Origin: a virus | Reading direction: 5' to 3' (one strand) | Length of the DNA: 64,000 nt | Virus record (IMG/VR): IMGVR_UViG_3300032220_001630 | Location: 1-64,000 of that record | Shown: positions 41,087 through 50,459 of the stretch, in pieces | How positions within the stretch are numbered: position 1 is the stretch's first letter | How the letters are laid out: every line of letters begins with the position of its first letter | The notes under the pieces: generated by a model | Told to the model about the DNA's origin: nothing | The model's database searches: none | What the model saw: only the letters and a program-made list of their open reading frames with translations | Translations under genes and position numbers: made by a program

Positions 41087-42502
41087 ATGTGTGGAATTTT
41101 AGTAGCTATTAACCCGACAAAGGAAAGGATAGAATCTATATCTCATAGAGGAATAGAACATTCTATTGTAAACGATCAAAATCTATATCTAGTTCATCAC
41201 AGGCTTCCAATACAAACAGTGGATGGTGATAGCTGGTCACAGCCTATACAAATTGGCGAAAATAGGTGGCTGTTATTTAATGGCGAGATTTTCAATTATA
41301 GTGGCGGATTCGATTCGGATACAGCATACCTTCAAAATCTATTTAGTAGTTTTAATTTTAGTGGTATTGACATGCTACAAGCTATATACGAACCCCATAT
41401 AGTTTCATGGGATGGGTTTTGGGCAATAGTTATGGTAGACACCAAAGAGAAAGAAATATATGCTTTTACTGATCCTTTGGGCAAAAAGGTTTTATACAAG
41501 AACGATCTTGGCGAAATCTGCTCAGAAATAAAAGGATTATTTGAAAAGGACAATGAACCCGCACCAGATCCATCATTCTTCAGTGGTGTTATAAAGTGGG
41601 GATATTTAACCACCGATCAGACACCTTATGAAGGCATAAAAAAACTACAACCTAATAGATTTTATAAATGGAATCTCTATAACCCATCAAAAATGGAAGT
41701 ATCTGATCCATATTATAATTTTTACTCTTTTGAGGCAGGATTAGAAACATATGAAGATAGAATGGATTGGTTATGGAATAAACTTGAAAATTCAGTAGAA
41801 TCAAGATTGATCTCTAAAAACTACCCGACATCTCTTCTGTTATCAGGGGGTTTAGATTCTGCCATTATTGCAGGTCTTCTTCTTAAACTCGGAGCAGATG
41901 TTCAGTTTTATTCTATATCCAACGGTGAAGATGAGCAATACGTAAAAGCATGTGAGGAATATTGGGGTGTTAAATCTATAAGATTAGATTACGATGTTGA
42001 CATAGAAAGCGAAGAGGGTAAGAATAAAACACTAGAAATATATCAGAAATGGAATGAATCACCCATAGATATGGGAAGTGTTCTACCTCAATATCATTTA
42101 TTTGATGCAATAAAAAAAGGATCTAAAACCAGGATAGTTATTTCAGGAGATGGAGCTGATGAATTATTTGGAGGATATAGGAGAATTAATGAATACGATT
42201 CACAAGATTCAGACATCTTTCACGAATTAACTTCATACCATCTACCAAGATTGGACAAGTTATCAATGGCACACACCTTGGAGCTTAGAAGTCCTTTTTT
42301 AAATCACGACATAGTAAGATTTGCTTTAACACTTCCTTTTGAAGAGAGAAAGAATAAAAAAATATTGAAGGATACTTTTAAAGGATTAGTTCCAGATTCA
42401 GTAATTGAAAGAAAAAAATTGCCTCTTAAAAATCAGATGATTGTAGAGGATCAAATTTCTTACAGAAAAAAGATAAAGGATTTATATCTTAAATCCATTT
42501 GA
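41087..42502 (+). CDS. asnB: Asparagine-synthase-like glutamine amidotransferase
   Basis: MCGI, HRG, HRL, FNGEIFNY, LSGGLDS, SGDGADELFGGY, 'SMAH.LE.RSPFL'. Confidence 0.9.
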   Translation: MCGILVAINPTKERIESISHRGIEHSIVNDQNLYLVHHRLPIQTVDGDSWSQPIQIGENRWLLFNGEIFNYSGGFDSDTAYLQNLFSSFNFSGIDMLQAIYEPHIVSWDGFWAIVMVDTKEKEIYAFTDPLGKKVLYKNDLGEICSEIKGLFEKDNEPAPDPSFFSGVIKWGYLTTDQTPYEGIKKLQPNRFYKWNLYNPSKMEVSDPYYNFYSFEAGLETYEDRMDWLWNKLENSVESRLISKNYPTSLLLSGGLDSAIIAGLLLKLGADVQFYSISNGEDEQYVKACEEYWGVKSIRLDYDVDIESEEGKNKTLEIYQKWNESPIDMGSVLPQYHLFDAIKKGSKTRIVISGDGADELFGGYRRINEYDSQDSDIFHELTSYHLPRLDKLSMAHTLELRSPFLNHDIVRFALTLPFEERKNKKILKDTFKGLVPDSVIERKKLPLKNQMIVEDQISYRKKIKDLYLKSI

Positions 42503-43963
42503 TAAAACTACCTCCACACCCGCAACAGGATCCCCTTTTGCGTCTTTTGGAGAATATCCGTCTGGTCTATCTGTTAATACGAAATCCTCTGAAGGATCTA
42601 CTATTAAACCTGCGGAGCTTAGAAAATCTCTATTTAATAAAAGAGGTGTGCTTTTTTCAGTTCTATCTACTAGTGAAAACTTTACTTTCTTGTAAAGAAT
42701 ACCATTGAATTCAACATCAAGATTAACAACCGCTCTGTGGTGGATTTTTTCACCAACCTCAGCTTTAGATTGTCCTACGATTTTATTTACAAATTGCTGA
42801 TTACCTAAAGTCCATACCACTTCTCCGTCTTTTTCTTCGATAGTATCTGCGTGTAACGAACAAGACGTAGCACCATTACCAGTATCTAATTTTCCTACAA
42901 ACGTACCAACTCCAGAGATAGATATCAATTCTCTAAATCCTGTTACTTTCTTAGGCTTAACCCAGTTTTTTCTATCAATTAAGAAATCTACTACAATATC
43001 TGTTACTGGTATACCGGTTGTTTTTTCTATCCCCGTAGTTCCAGGAGATGCGTTAACTTCTAATACGTATGGGTTTTCTGTTCCTTTATCAACAATTATA
43101 TCAACTCCACACCATAGACAACCTGTAGCTTTAGCAGATTCAATAGCTATTTTTTCTATCGATTCTGGTAGCTCTACTGTTTCAGTGTCACCACCGAGTG
43201 AGAAGTTAGTTCTAAAATCGCCTTTAATCTTAATTCTTTTCATCGCTGCGATGACTTTGTACTCTCTTCCAGACATACCATCAGATTCAGCAATTACGTG
43301 AATTCTTAAGTCATATTCAGCTTCGATTTTTTCTTGTAAAACTATCTCAGTTCCTGGTGCTAAATGCCATAAAGCTTGAAGAGTAGAAACTAATGATGGT
43401 CTCGAATCAATCATGAATACTCCTATACCTTTAGTTCCTGAAAGAAACTTACATACTACAGGGTATTTTCCACCAACATCTTCAACAGCCTTATCTATAT
43501 CTGCCTCAGAAGATATTAAAGATGTTTTAGGTACGGGGATATTATTTAATTGAAGCTTTCTTGTTGTTTGTAATTTATCCTCACATATGATAACAGAATC
43601 ATAAGAGTTAACACAAGGAAAACCTAAATCTTCCATTTTCTTAAAGAATCCCTTAGCAGCATTATTTTTTATGGAAGATCTTCTAGTTAGAACTATTGTA
43701 CGATCAAGATAAATTTCTTGCTGTTTATCTCCTCTACTAGATATAAGATATGTTCCTTTTGGTGTTTTTTGAATAGATCCTTTTTCTGTATCTACTATAA
43801 TACATTTTAAACCTTTCTCCTCACATATCTTCATTATTTTGTCAGTGGTTGGAGCATTCTTTAGGGTCTTACCTAATTTAGTGGTTAGCACAACTACTGT
43901 TAAGGGTCTTTCTTTTCCTTTTACCCCTTTGAATATAAATTTTTCTAGCAATGGATTATCCAT
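42482..43963 (-). CDS. rimK: RimK-family ATP-grasp ligase fused to a RimB-like aspartic-fold protease
   Basis: 'DK..T...L...IPVPKT', 'GTKGIGV', 'DFRTNFSLGG', 'GVD', 'EVNASPG'; C-terminal 'KLDTGNG..SLHA', 'FSLVDR....PLLLNRDFL'; minus-strand GATATATA at 43968. Confidence 0.9.
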   Translation of the reverse strand: MDNPLLEKFIFKGVKGKERPLTVVVLTTKLGKTLKNAPTTDKIMKICEEKGLKCIIVDTEKGSIQKTPKGTYLISSRGDKQQEIYLDRTIVLTRRSSIKNNAAKGFFKKMEDLGFPCVNSYDSVIICEDKLQTTRKLQLNNIPVPKTSLISSEADIDKAVEDVGGKYPVVCKFLSGTKGIGVFMIDSRPSLVSTLQALWHLAPGTEIVLQEKIEAEYDLRIHVIAESDGMSGREYKVIAAMKRIKIKGDFRTNFSLGGDTETVELPESIEKIAIESAKATGCLWCGVDIIVDKGTENPYVLEVNASPGTTGIEKTTGIPVTDIVVDFLIDRKNWVKPKKVTGFRELISISGVGTFVGKLDTGNGATSCSLHADTIEEKDGEVVWTLGNQQFVNKIVGQSKAEVGEKIHHRAVVNLDVEFNGILYKKVKFSLVDRTEKSTPLLLNRDFLSSAGLIVDPSEDFVLTDRPDGYSPKDAKGDPVAGVEVVLSNGFKI

Positions 43964-43987
43964 GTTGTATATATCGATATAACACTA

Positions 43988-44012
43988 AAAAGCCTAGAAT
44001 AGTCTAGGCTTT
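43988..44012. terminator. Bidirectional intrinsic terminator
   Basis: AAAGCCTAGA-atag-TCTAGGCTTT flanked by A and T runs. Confidence 0.75.
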
Positions 44013-44032
44013 ATAAATTGTATATTTAAGTT

Positions 44033-44782
44033 TTAATTGAAGAACTTATCAAATCTTATAACTCTTTGAGATTCCTCCTCTTTATCTTCCAGATCTGATT
44101 CATCCTCTTCCTCAGTATCTTCAGTATCATCTTCTATCTCAGTAGTTTGCATAGGGGCTTCATCTGAAATAACCTCGTTATCATCTTCTTCCTCGGTTTC
44201 TTCATCTTCATCTTCTTCGTCTTCTTCTTCGTCTTCTTCATCTTCTTCAGATTCCTCGTCTTCATCTTCATCTTCAGATTCATCGTTCTCTTCCTCGTCT
44301 TCAGATTCTGCATCTTCTTCAGATTCCTCGTCCTCGTCTTCCTCTTCAGGCTCTTCTTCGGTTTCCTCTTCTGATTCTTCTTCAGATTCCTCGTCTTCCT
44401 CTTCAGACTCTTCCTCAGTCTCTTCTTCAGATTCCTCGTCTTCCTCTTCGGACTCTTCCTCAGTTTCTTCGTCTTCCTCTTCGGACTCTTCTTCTGATTC
44501 TTCGTCTTCCTCTTCGGACTCTTCTTCTGATTCTTCCTCAGTCTCTTCTTCAGATTCCTCGTCTTCTTCTTCAGTTTCCTCTTCAGATTCTTCCTCAGTT
44601 TCCTCAGTGTTGTCAGATTCTTCTTCAGAACCTTCCTCCTCTGATTCTTCTTCAGTTTCCTCCTCGTCCTCAGTTTCCTCCTCTTCCTCTATTTCTAGAT
44701 CTTTCCAGATTTCATTTTCTTCTGGTAATTGGTTGCTTCTATTAGAGGCAAACTCTTCGAATGATAATATTTTTTTCTCCAT
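44033..44782 (-). CDS. Extremely acidic Glu-rich repeat protein
   Basis: About 200 residues of EEES/EEET/EDE repeats between 'ILSFEEF' and 'VIRFDKFF' ends. Confidence 0.8.
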   Translation of the reverse strand: MEKKILSFEEFASNRSNQLPEENEIWKDLEIEEEEETEDEEETEEESEEEGSEEESDNTEETEEESEEETEEEDEESEEETEEESEEESEEEDEESEEESEEEDEETEEESEEEDEESEEETEEESEEEDEESEEESEEETEEEPEEEDEDEESEEDAESEDEEENDESEDEDEDEESEEDEEDEEEDEEDEDEETEEEDDNEVISDEAPMQTTEIEDDTEDTEEEDESDLEDKEEESQRVIRFDKFFN

Positions 44783-44788
44783 TTTGTT

Positions 44789-45040
44789 TTATTCTGTTAT
44801 TCCTATAGCATGAGCACTTCCAGATTCGGTAGCGCCATATCCAGGATAGTCTATTTTAGATACGCCTTTAAAAACGGAATCTTGGAATCCAACATAAGCA
44901 TAAGCCTCTTCAGGTGTTATTTTATGTAGTCCAGTTCTGTCTTCTTTGCTAAGATTTTCAGGATTCCATGGGTCTTGTGCGACTTTCATAAAATCCTTAT
45001 AGCTAAGAATTTCTCTCTTTTTTATGTTCTTTTGGTTCAT
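44789..45040 (-). CDS. Hypothetical protein
   Basis: In minus-strand operon; 'ILSYKDF' motif. Confidence 0.6.
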   Translation of the reverse strand: MNQKNIKKREILSYKDFMKVAQDPWNPENLSKEDRTGLHKITPEEAYAYVGFQDSVFKGVSKIDYPGYGATESGSAHAIGITE

Positions 45041-45054
45041 TTTAATTACTTCTT

Positions 45055-45762
45055 TTAGAATTGTAGGATATTAGATAATCCGGTTTTCATGGCCTTAGCA
45101 AAAATGTTAGGGTCATTAGTTTCCGCTTTTTCTATTTCTGATGATAATTTTTGTTTGTCTCCTTGAGTAATGTTACCAGATAAAACGTCACCTAGACTAA
45201 ATCCACATATTTTATCTCCTATCATTTTCTCTACGTTATTCATGAAGTTAGTATTGTTTATAGCATTAGTTAAAGCTTCTCTTAATCCTGCTGATATAGT
45301 ACCACCCATACCTGTATTCATGTCAATTTTTAATCCTAGTTTAGGTAATAAATATTCTACTCCTCTCTCTTGCAATGTTTCAGATAATCCCTCTACTATT
45401 GCTCTTGCCCAATTTTTACAAGATCCTTTACCAAAATAACTTCCCAACTCGGTTATACTTACTCCTTCTATTACGTTTCTTATAAGTTGGTAAAAGAATG
45501 TTGGCTGGTTTTGTTCATCGTAAGGTTCTATACCTAATTTTTGTGCTGCCCAGTCGATAACATAATCTTTAAAGGTATCAGTAAAACCTCCACCTAAAGA
45601 TCCAAGTAAAGATGAAAAAATGTTTTCGTTTATTTCTTGCTCTGATAGACCCTCTCCCTTCATTCTCAAATACTCATTCTCGAGTATAGCTATTTGATCT
45701 TTTGAACCATTATTTCTAGGTGTTGCCGACTCAGAAACAAACTGTGAATATCTGTATATCAT
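45055..45762 (-). CDS. Hypothetical late protein (probable internal head protein)
   Basis: 'MIYRYSQFVSES'; minus-strand GATATATA at 45781. Confidence 0.65.
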   Translation of the reverse strand: MIYRYSQFVSESATPRNNGSKDQIAILENEYLRMKGEGLSEQEINENIFSSLLGSLGGGFTDTFKDYVIDWAAQKLGIEPYDEQNQPTFFYQLIRNVIEGVSITELGSYFGKGSCKNWARAIVEGLSETLQERGVEYLLPKLGLKIDMNTGMGGTISAGLREALTNAINNTNFMNNVEKMIGDKICGFSLGDVLSGNITQGDKQKLSSEIEKAETNDPNIFAKAMKTGLSNILQF

Positions 45763-45780
45763 TCCCGTTTACTTTTCTTA

Positions 45781-45815
45781 TATATATCATTTTACTATCT
45801 AAATTCTGATATATA
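45781..45815. promoter_or_regulatory. Divergent pair of late promoters
   Basis: TATATATC at 45781-45788 (-) and GATATATA at 45808-45815 (+) between divergent genes. Confidence 0.7.
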
Positions 45816-45822
45816 AGGAGAA

Positions 45823-46233
45823 ATGTCTAGAATACTAAAAATTGACGATTTTGAAAAATCATTCCCTACCAAATATGGTTTGGATGCTGATGGATCTTGT
45901 TACGAGATAGAATCTCCATTTGATATAATGATAATTGTAGATTATGAAGATTTAGACGGGCAGATTGATACTAAATACAAATCACCAAAATGGGAAAAGT
46001 TTAAAACTAGCAAGGGTGATGTTATACTGTGTAGTAAAAACGGATCTTTTATATTTCCAAAAGACAAAGAAGGATTCGTAGAATGCACACCAGTAAAAGA
46101 TTCAAATCAACAAGATATTAGTTTTGATACATTTCCAAAAAATTCTTTAAAGAAAATAGGAAAGGATCTTTTTAGAATGCACTCTATGCCTTTCGAGGAA
46201 AGAAAAAAAATGACCATCTTTAACGGGCTATGA
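45823..46233 (+). CDS. Hypothetical protein
   Basis: 'MSRILKIDDF' N-terminus; late motif upstream. Confidence 0.6.
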   Translation: MSRILKIDDFEKSFPTKYGLDADGSCYEIESPFDIMIIVDYEDLDGQIDTKYKSPKWEKFKTSKGDVILCSKNGSFIFPKDKEGFVECTPVKDSNQQDISFDTFPKNSLKKIGKDLFRMHSMPFEERKKMTIFNGL

Positions 46234-46784
46234 AAAATTTAAAGAATTTCAAAAATTTTATTATCAATGAGAGTTCTGCTGCAGGAAACAGAGAACATAC
46301 TTACGATACTCCATTCTCTTACACCTCAAACGATCCAAAATTTGGATACAACAGTAAAAGCTTTGTAGACGACCTTAAAGCTCTTTTTGTAGAGAAACCT
46401 TCTCTGAAAGGAGAAATTACTGAATTTCTTGTTCAAAATACAGGGATATCAAGAGTTGAGGATTTAGCTTTAAAGCCTTTTGCATTAATAAAAGAGATAA
46501 TTCCTGAAATAGAAAGAATAATAGCTGCTGGAGAATATGAGCCAGAACTTATTATGCCTGGTGGTGCTTTACTGTTTATAAGAAATAAAATACTAGACAA
46601 CGGAAAAGGAGCTGATTTCTATATAAACAGGAAAGGAACTAAAATAGAAGTTGTTACTGACGATTTTAACGGGGAAGAAAAAGTATTATTCTACAATTCT
46701 AAAAATTTCCCGTACGATAGGTATGATTTCACACAAGAGGAAAAAGAAGAACTTCAATCAATTATAAAAGCAAAGGGAGCTTAA
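46230..46784 (+). CDS. Hypothetical protein (probable internal head protein)
   Basis: 'MKNLKNFKNFIINES'. Confidence 0.62.
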   Translation: MKNLKNFKNFIINESSAAGNREHTYDTPFSYTSNDPKFGYNSKSFVDDLKALFVEKPSLKGEITEFLVQNTGISRVEDLALKPFALIKEIIPEIERIIAAGEYEPELIMPGGALLFIRNKILDNGKGADFYINRKGTKIEVVTDDFNGEEKVLFYNSKNFPYDRYDFTQEEKEELQSIIKAKGA

Positions 46785-47491
46785 TTATTATTAAAATTTT
46801 TAAGTATAAGCTCTATAGATTTTTCTTTTCCTATTTCGGTTCCTGTTTCTAGATCGACACCTTTAGCAACATCCGCAATAATAACACAATCAAATTTATC
46901 TGAGAAATCTTTTATATTGGTCTTCAAAAATCTTCTTATTTTAATAATCTCAGTGGTTGTTTCGCATTTAGGATCTAACATTTCTGTCATAAGAAGTGCT
47001 ACTTTTTCATCATCCCCTATCTTAACAACAGAAAAGAACCAGCTAAATACTTTCATATATTCCTCTTCGGTTTTTCTTACTACCAAAAATCCCTGATCCC
47101 AAAGATTGTATCTGGTACAATAGCTTTCAACATCAACTAGTGAATTATATTTAAAAGACACCTCTTTATTCTCCTCCATAAATTTATCTATGGTTTCTAT
47201 GGAGTTTTTAACTATCGTCTCTATTTCGCCGATCAGATCTAAGTTTTTATCTAGTAAGTTGTAGAAAATATTTTTATCTACGTCGGTCATATTTGCAAGG
47301 GTCCTTTGACTAAACTCTGTTTTTTTATCAAAACTCTCAAGATCTCTCTTAAGTATTAATACCTCTTTAAAGTGTTTCTCAAATCCCTTTTTATTAAAAT
47401 TATTTTTTGCCTTCGTTAGTAAATCCATCAAAACATAATATTTATGCTCTACATCTATAGGGGATTCGAGAAACCAATATGGCTTTATCAT
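46781..47491 (-). CDS. Hypothetical protein
   Basis: 236-aa ORF; 'WF...IDVEHKYYVL'. Confidence 0.65.
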   Translation of the reverse strand: MIKPYWFLESPIDVEHKYYVLMDLLTKAKNNFNKKGFEKHFKEVLILKRDLESFDKKTEFSQRTLANMTDVDKNIFYNLLDKNLDLIGEIETIVKNSIETIDKFMEENKEVSFKYNSLVDVESYCTRYNLWDQGFLVVRKTEEEYMKVFSWFFSVVKIGDDEKVALLMTEMLDPKCETTTEIIKIRRFLKTNIKDFSDKFDCVIIADVAKGVDLETGTEIGKEKSIELILKNFNNN

Positions 47492-47574
47492 TATCTTGTA
47501 TTATTCTGTATCTATAACTTATATATAGAACAAAATGTTTTATTCCGGTTGTAGAAAAAAATTTTTCTATATGT

Positions 47575-47602
47575 GAAACTTATCTCCGAACAGGGACTAA
47601 AA
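47575..47602 (+). promoter_or_regulatory. Candidate middle promoter heading the glycan cluster
   Basis: GAAACTTA..TAAAA. Confidence 0.5.
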
Positions 47603-47652
47603 TTTTTACGTAGTAAATCCCGGACTATGAATCATATAATATAGTATTACTT

Positions 47653-48276
47653 ATGTGCCCCCAATTCTTAGTTATCGCTTACTATACTGAAAACACTTCC
47701 TACCAAGACTTAGCTGAAAAATTAAAAAATTCGCTTCAAAGGTTTGGTTTACCCCATTACATAGAACCTATCAAAGATCAAGGCTCATGGGAAAAGAATA
47801 CACACTACAAAGCTTATTTTATTAAGAAATGTCTAAATGACAGAAATCTAGATCTTCTCTACGTAGATGTAGATGCAGTGTTTAAAGCGTATCCTAGCTT
47901 AATCGATGGCTTAGATTGTGACATTGCATACAGAACCCAAGATTTTAGATGGAGAAAAGATGAGGCCTTATCTGGTACTATCTTTCTAAAGAACAATGAC
48001 AAGGTAAAGAGGTTAGTTGATAGGTGGATAGAGATTAACGAAAAGACTCCTGCTGAAAGAATGAAACCTGAGACCTGGGAGCAAAAAAATATGCAAACCG
48101 CACATAGAGAATTCTCCGATGTGGTTTATTATAATCTACCACCAGAATATACTTTTATATTTGATCACTCAAGAACAATGTATCCTAAGGCTTCTCCTGT
48201 AATAGAGCATTACCAAGAATCTAGAAATGTACATCGAAATAATTTACAATCTCGAGGTATAATTAGAAAAAGATAG
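47653..48276 (+). CDS. GT-A glycosyltransferase (nucleotide-diphospho-sugar transferase-like)
   Basis: 'KAYFI..CL....LLYVDVD', 'SGTIFL', 'EQ', 'LPPEY..IFD', 'IEHYQ.SR'. Confidence 0.72.
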   Translation: MCPQFLVIAYYTENTSYQDLAEKLKNSLQRFGLPHYIEPIKDQGSWEKNTHYKAYFIKKCLNDRNLDLLYVDVDAVFKAYPSLIDGLDCDIAYRTQDFRWRKDEALSGTIFLKNNDKVKRLVDRWIEINEKTPAERMKPETWEQKNMQTAHREFSDVVYYNLPPEYTFIFDHSRTMYPKASPVIEHYQESRNVHRNNLQSRGIIRKR

Positions 48277-48277
48277 A

Positions 48278-49009
48278 ATGCAATTAACCTATGCAGTAGT
48301 CAGCTCTAATTCCAACCCTGAGTACTTGGATTTTTGGCCATATGTGGCAAAAATGTGGCAGAGGATAGGATTAGAGCCTGTCCTTTTTTATATAGATAAA
48401 GAAGCTCCTAAGGAAAATGCGGCAGAATATGGTAGAGTTATCTTTCTAGAATCTATACCCGAATGGGACATAGCCCAACAGGCACAGTGTATTAGATTTT
48501 GGGCTGCAAAGGTTTTAGACAATCCTTTTATTATCTCAGATATTGATATGCTTCCTATTTCAAAGGATTATTACATAAATGAAGCATTGAAAATAGGACA
48601 CAGAGGTATAATATCCTATAGTTCTGATATTATCAAATATAGATGGTATAGGACTAATCCTCAGTATCCTATGTGTTATCTTGCCGGAGATCCCTTATCA
48701 TTCACACAGCTTCTGGATATGAATGATACTGATCATAAAAGTTTTCTCAGAAGATTAATGAGAATGAATATCAGATTTGGTACTGATCAAAAATTCTTCT
48801 ATAACCAATCCCTTCGAAAGCCTGATATTAAAATTAAGCATTTGGAGAGAGGATGGATAGAAGAAAAATATGCGGTTAAAAGACTTGATAAAGCTATCTG
48901 GCCAAAATCTGATTATAATCCAGAGGAATATATAGACTGTCATTTACCTAGACCCTTATCATCAAATGCAGTCCTTTGTAAAAAATTATTTAGTAAGCTA
49001 GATTTATGA
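48278..49009 (+). CDS. Putative glycosyltransferase, paralogue of 59107
   Basis: 'FWPYV..MW', SDIDMLP (DxD), 'GTDQ', 'YIDCH..RP'. Confidence 0.55.
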   Translation: MQLTYAVVSSNSNPEYLDFWPYVAKMWQRIGLEPVLFYIDKEAPKENAAEYGRVIFLESIPEWDIAQQAQCIRFWAAKVLDNPFIISDIDMLPISKDYYINEALKIGHRGIISYSSDIIKYRWYRTNPQYPMCYLAGDPLSFTQLLDMNDTDHKSFLRRLMRMNIRFGTDQKFFYNQSLRKPDIKIKHLERGWIEEKYAVKRLDKAIWPKSDYNPEEYIDCHLPRPLSSNAVLCKKLFSKLDL

Positions 49010-49647
49010 CAAATCTCCCTATATTTATATCCTATCATACTGGGGATTCTTATTATTCCTCCTGTGCAGAAAATCTTGTATCTAATATAAGATCTTTAGG
49101 CGGTGAGATAATAATGGAGAAAGTTACAGATACTGGATATTACTGGAAGAATACTTTAAAAAAGCCTGGGTTCATACTTTCTAAAATGGATGAACTAAAA
49201 AGAGATCTAATTTGGATAGATGCAGATACCAATATTTTTGGATATACAGATTGTATGAAAAAATGGGAATCCGATATACTATTTGCATCCCATACCGGAG
49301 ACATCCATGGTATAAAGGCATCTCCTATGGGTATAAAGTACAGTGAAAAAACACTGGGATTCTTTAAAAAATTTTCAGATTTGTGTAATCATAAAATAGA
49401 ATCCAATGAATTGGATTTAGATCACGACGTTTTAAAGTATGAATTACTTCCTGATTACAAGGAGAAGATCAGTTTAGAAATTTTAGGTTGTGAAGGAGTA
49501 CCATCGGATTACACAGACGGGAAATATATAAGAAATGGAATTTCCAGAGGAATTAATAAAGGAAGAGAGGTTCATTCTGTCACTTTAAAAAATTCTACTA
49601 GAGATCTAAAATTTAGAATGCTATCTTTAAATGACTTCACAATATGA
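49006..49647 (+). CDS. GT-A glycosyltransferase
   Basis: 'KPGFI.......LIWIDAD', 'ASP', 'LDHD.LK'. Confidence 0.65.
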   Translation: MTNLPIFISYHTGDSYYSSCAENLVSNIRSLGGEIIMEKVTDTGYYWKNTLKKPGFILSKMDELKRDLIWIDADTNIFGYTDCMKKWESDILFASHTGDIHGIKASPMGIKYSEKTLGFFKKFSDLCNHKIESNELDLDHDVLKYELLPDYKEKISLEILGCEGVPSDYTDGKYIRNGISRGINKGREVHSVTLKNSTRDLKFRMLSLNDFTI

Positions 49648-50459
49648 GCACATACAGAGTAACTAAAAGAGGTGACCTTAGAAGAAGAGTAATTAATAAT
49701 TCACCACCTTTACAAAATTCAAACAAAAACGAAATAGGAAAAGAAGAAAAAATGAACGAAGATTTATTTTATCCGATTAAAAATTCTAGGGAAAGAAAAA
49801 TAATAGAAAGAAAGGAGAGATTGACAGGTAAAGATGATATTGTAATATCTTTTATATCTGATCCCGTAGGATCAAATTTTTACAGCGAAAAATTTAGAAC
49901 CTTATTAGATAAGGTGGATCAATTAGGACTTGATTATATTTTCTGTAAATACGAAAGTGATAGGAATTATTACCAGAACTGCTGTTACAAGCCATATTTT
50001 ATAAAGACACTTATCAAAGAAACTGGAAAAAACGTTATATGGGTCGATGGAGATACAATATTAAAGAATGGGTTTTCTTCATTAAACAGAAAGGATAAGG
50101 AATTTGATATGGGATTAGTATCATATACAGGATCGATGGATTCTTTTGTAGCATCCCCTGTTTATTTCAAAAACACAGAGGTAAGCAATACTATTATAGA
50201 TCATTGGGAAAACCATTGTACTTCTAGAATAGAAAATGGAGAATGTGAGTTAGATCATGATGCTTTAAAGCATTCTATACTTCCACATTATAGAGATAGA
50301 GTTAGAATCAATCTCTGTGGGATCGAGCTCCATAAGGGAGAAAACGTAGAAAATGTAAATTCAGATGTTCCGTATAAAAGAGATATACTTATAAAAATGA
50401 GAAGCGTAAATATGAATAGAACATTTCCAGGAAATATAACAAACTATAATATAGTATGA
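49644..50459 (+). CDS. GT-A glycosyltransferase
   Basis: 'KPYFI......VIWVDGD', 'ASP', 'LDHDALK'; paralogue of 49006. Confidence 0.65.
   Translation: MSTYRVTKRGDLRRRVINNSPPLQNSNKNEIGKEEKMNEDLFYPIKNSRERKIIERKERLTGKDDIVISFISDPVGSNFYSEKFRTLLDKVDQLGLDYIFCKYESDRNYYQNCCYKPYFIKTLIKETGKNVIWVDGDTILKNGFSSLNRKDKEFDMGLVSYTGSMDSFVASPVYFKNTEVSNTIIDHWENHCTSRIENGECELDHDALKHSILPHYRDRVRINLCGIELHKGENVENVNSDVPYKRDILIKMRSVNMNRTFPGNITNYNIV

Noticed and set aside
41087-42502. Lasso-peptide cyclase or RiPP cluster with the ATP-grasp enzyme
   Set aside because: Intact Cys2 glutaminase domain; no lasso B protein or recognisable precursor peptide seen
44190-44690. TTC/CTC-rich tract as a non-coding satellite
   Set aside because: It is the open minus-strand Glu-rich ORF with ordinary termini and a downstream terminator
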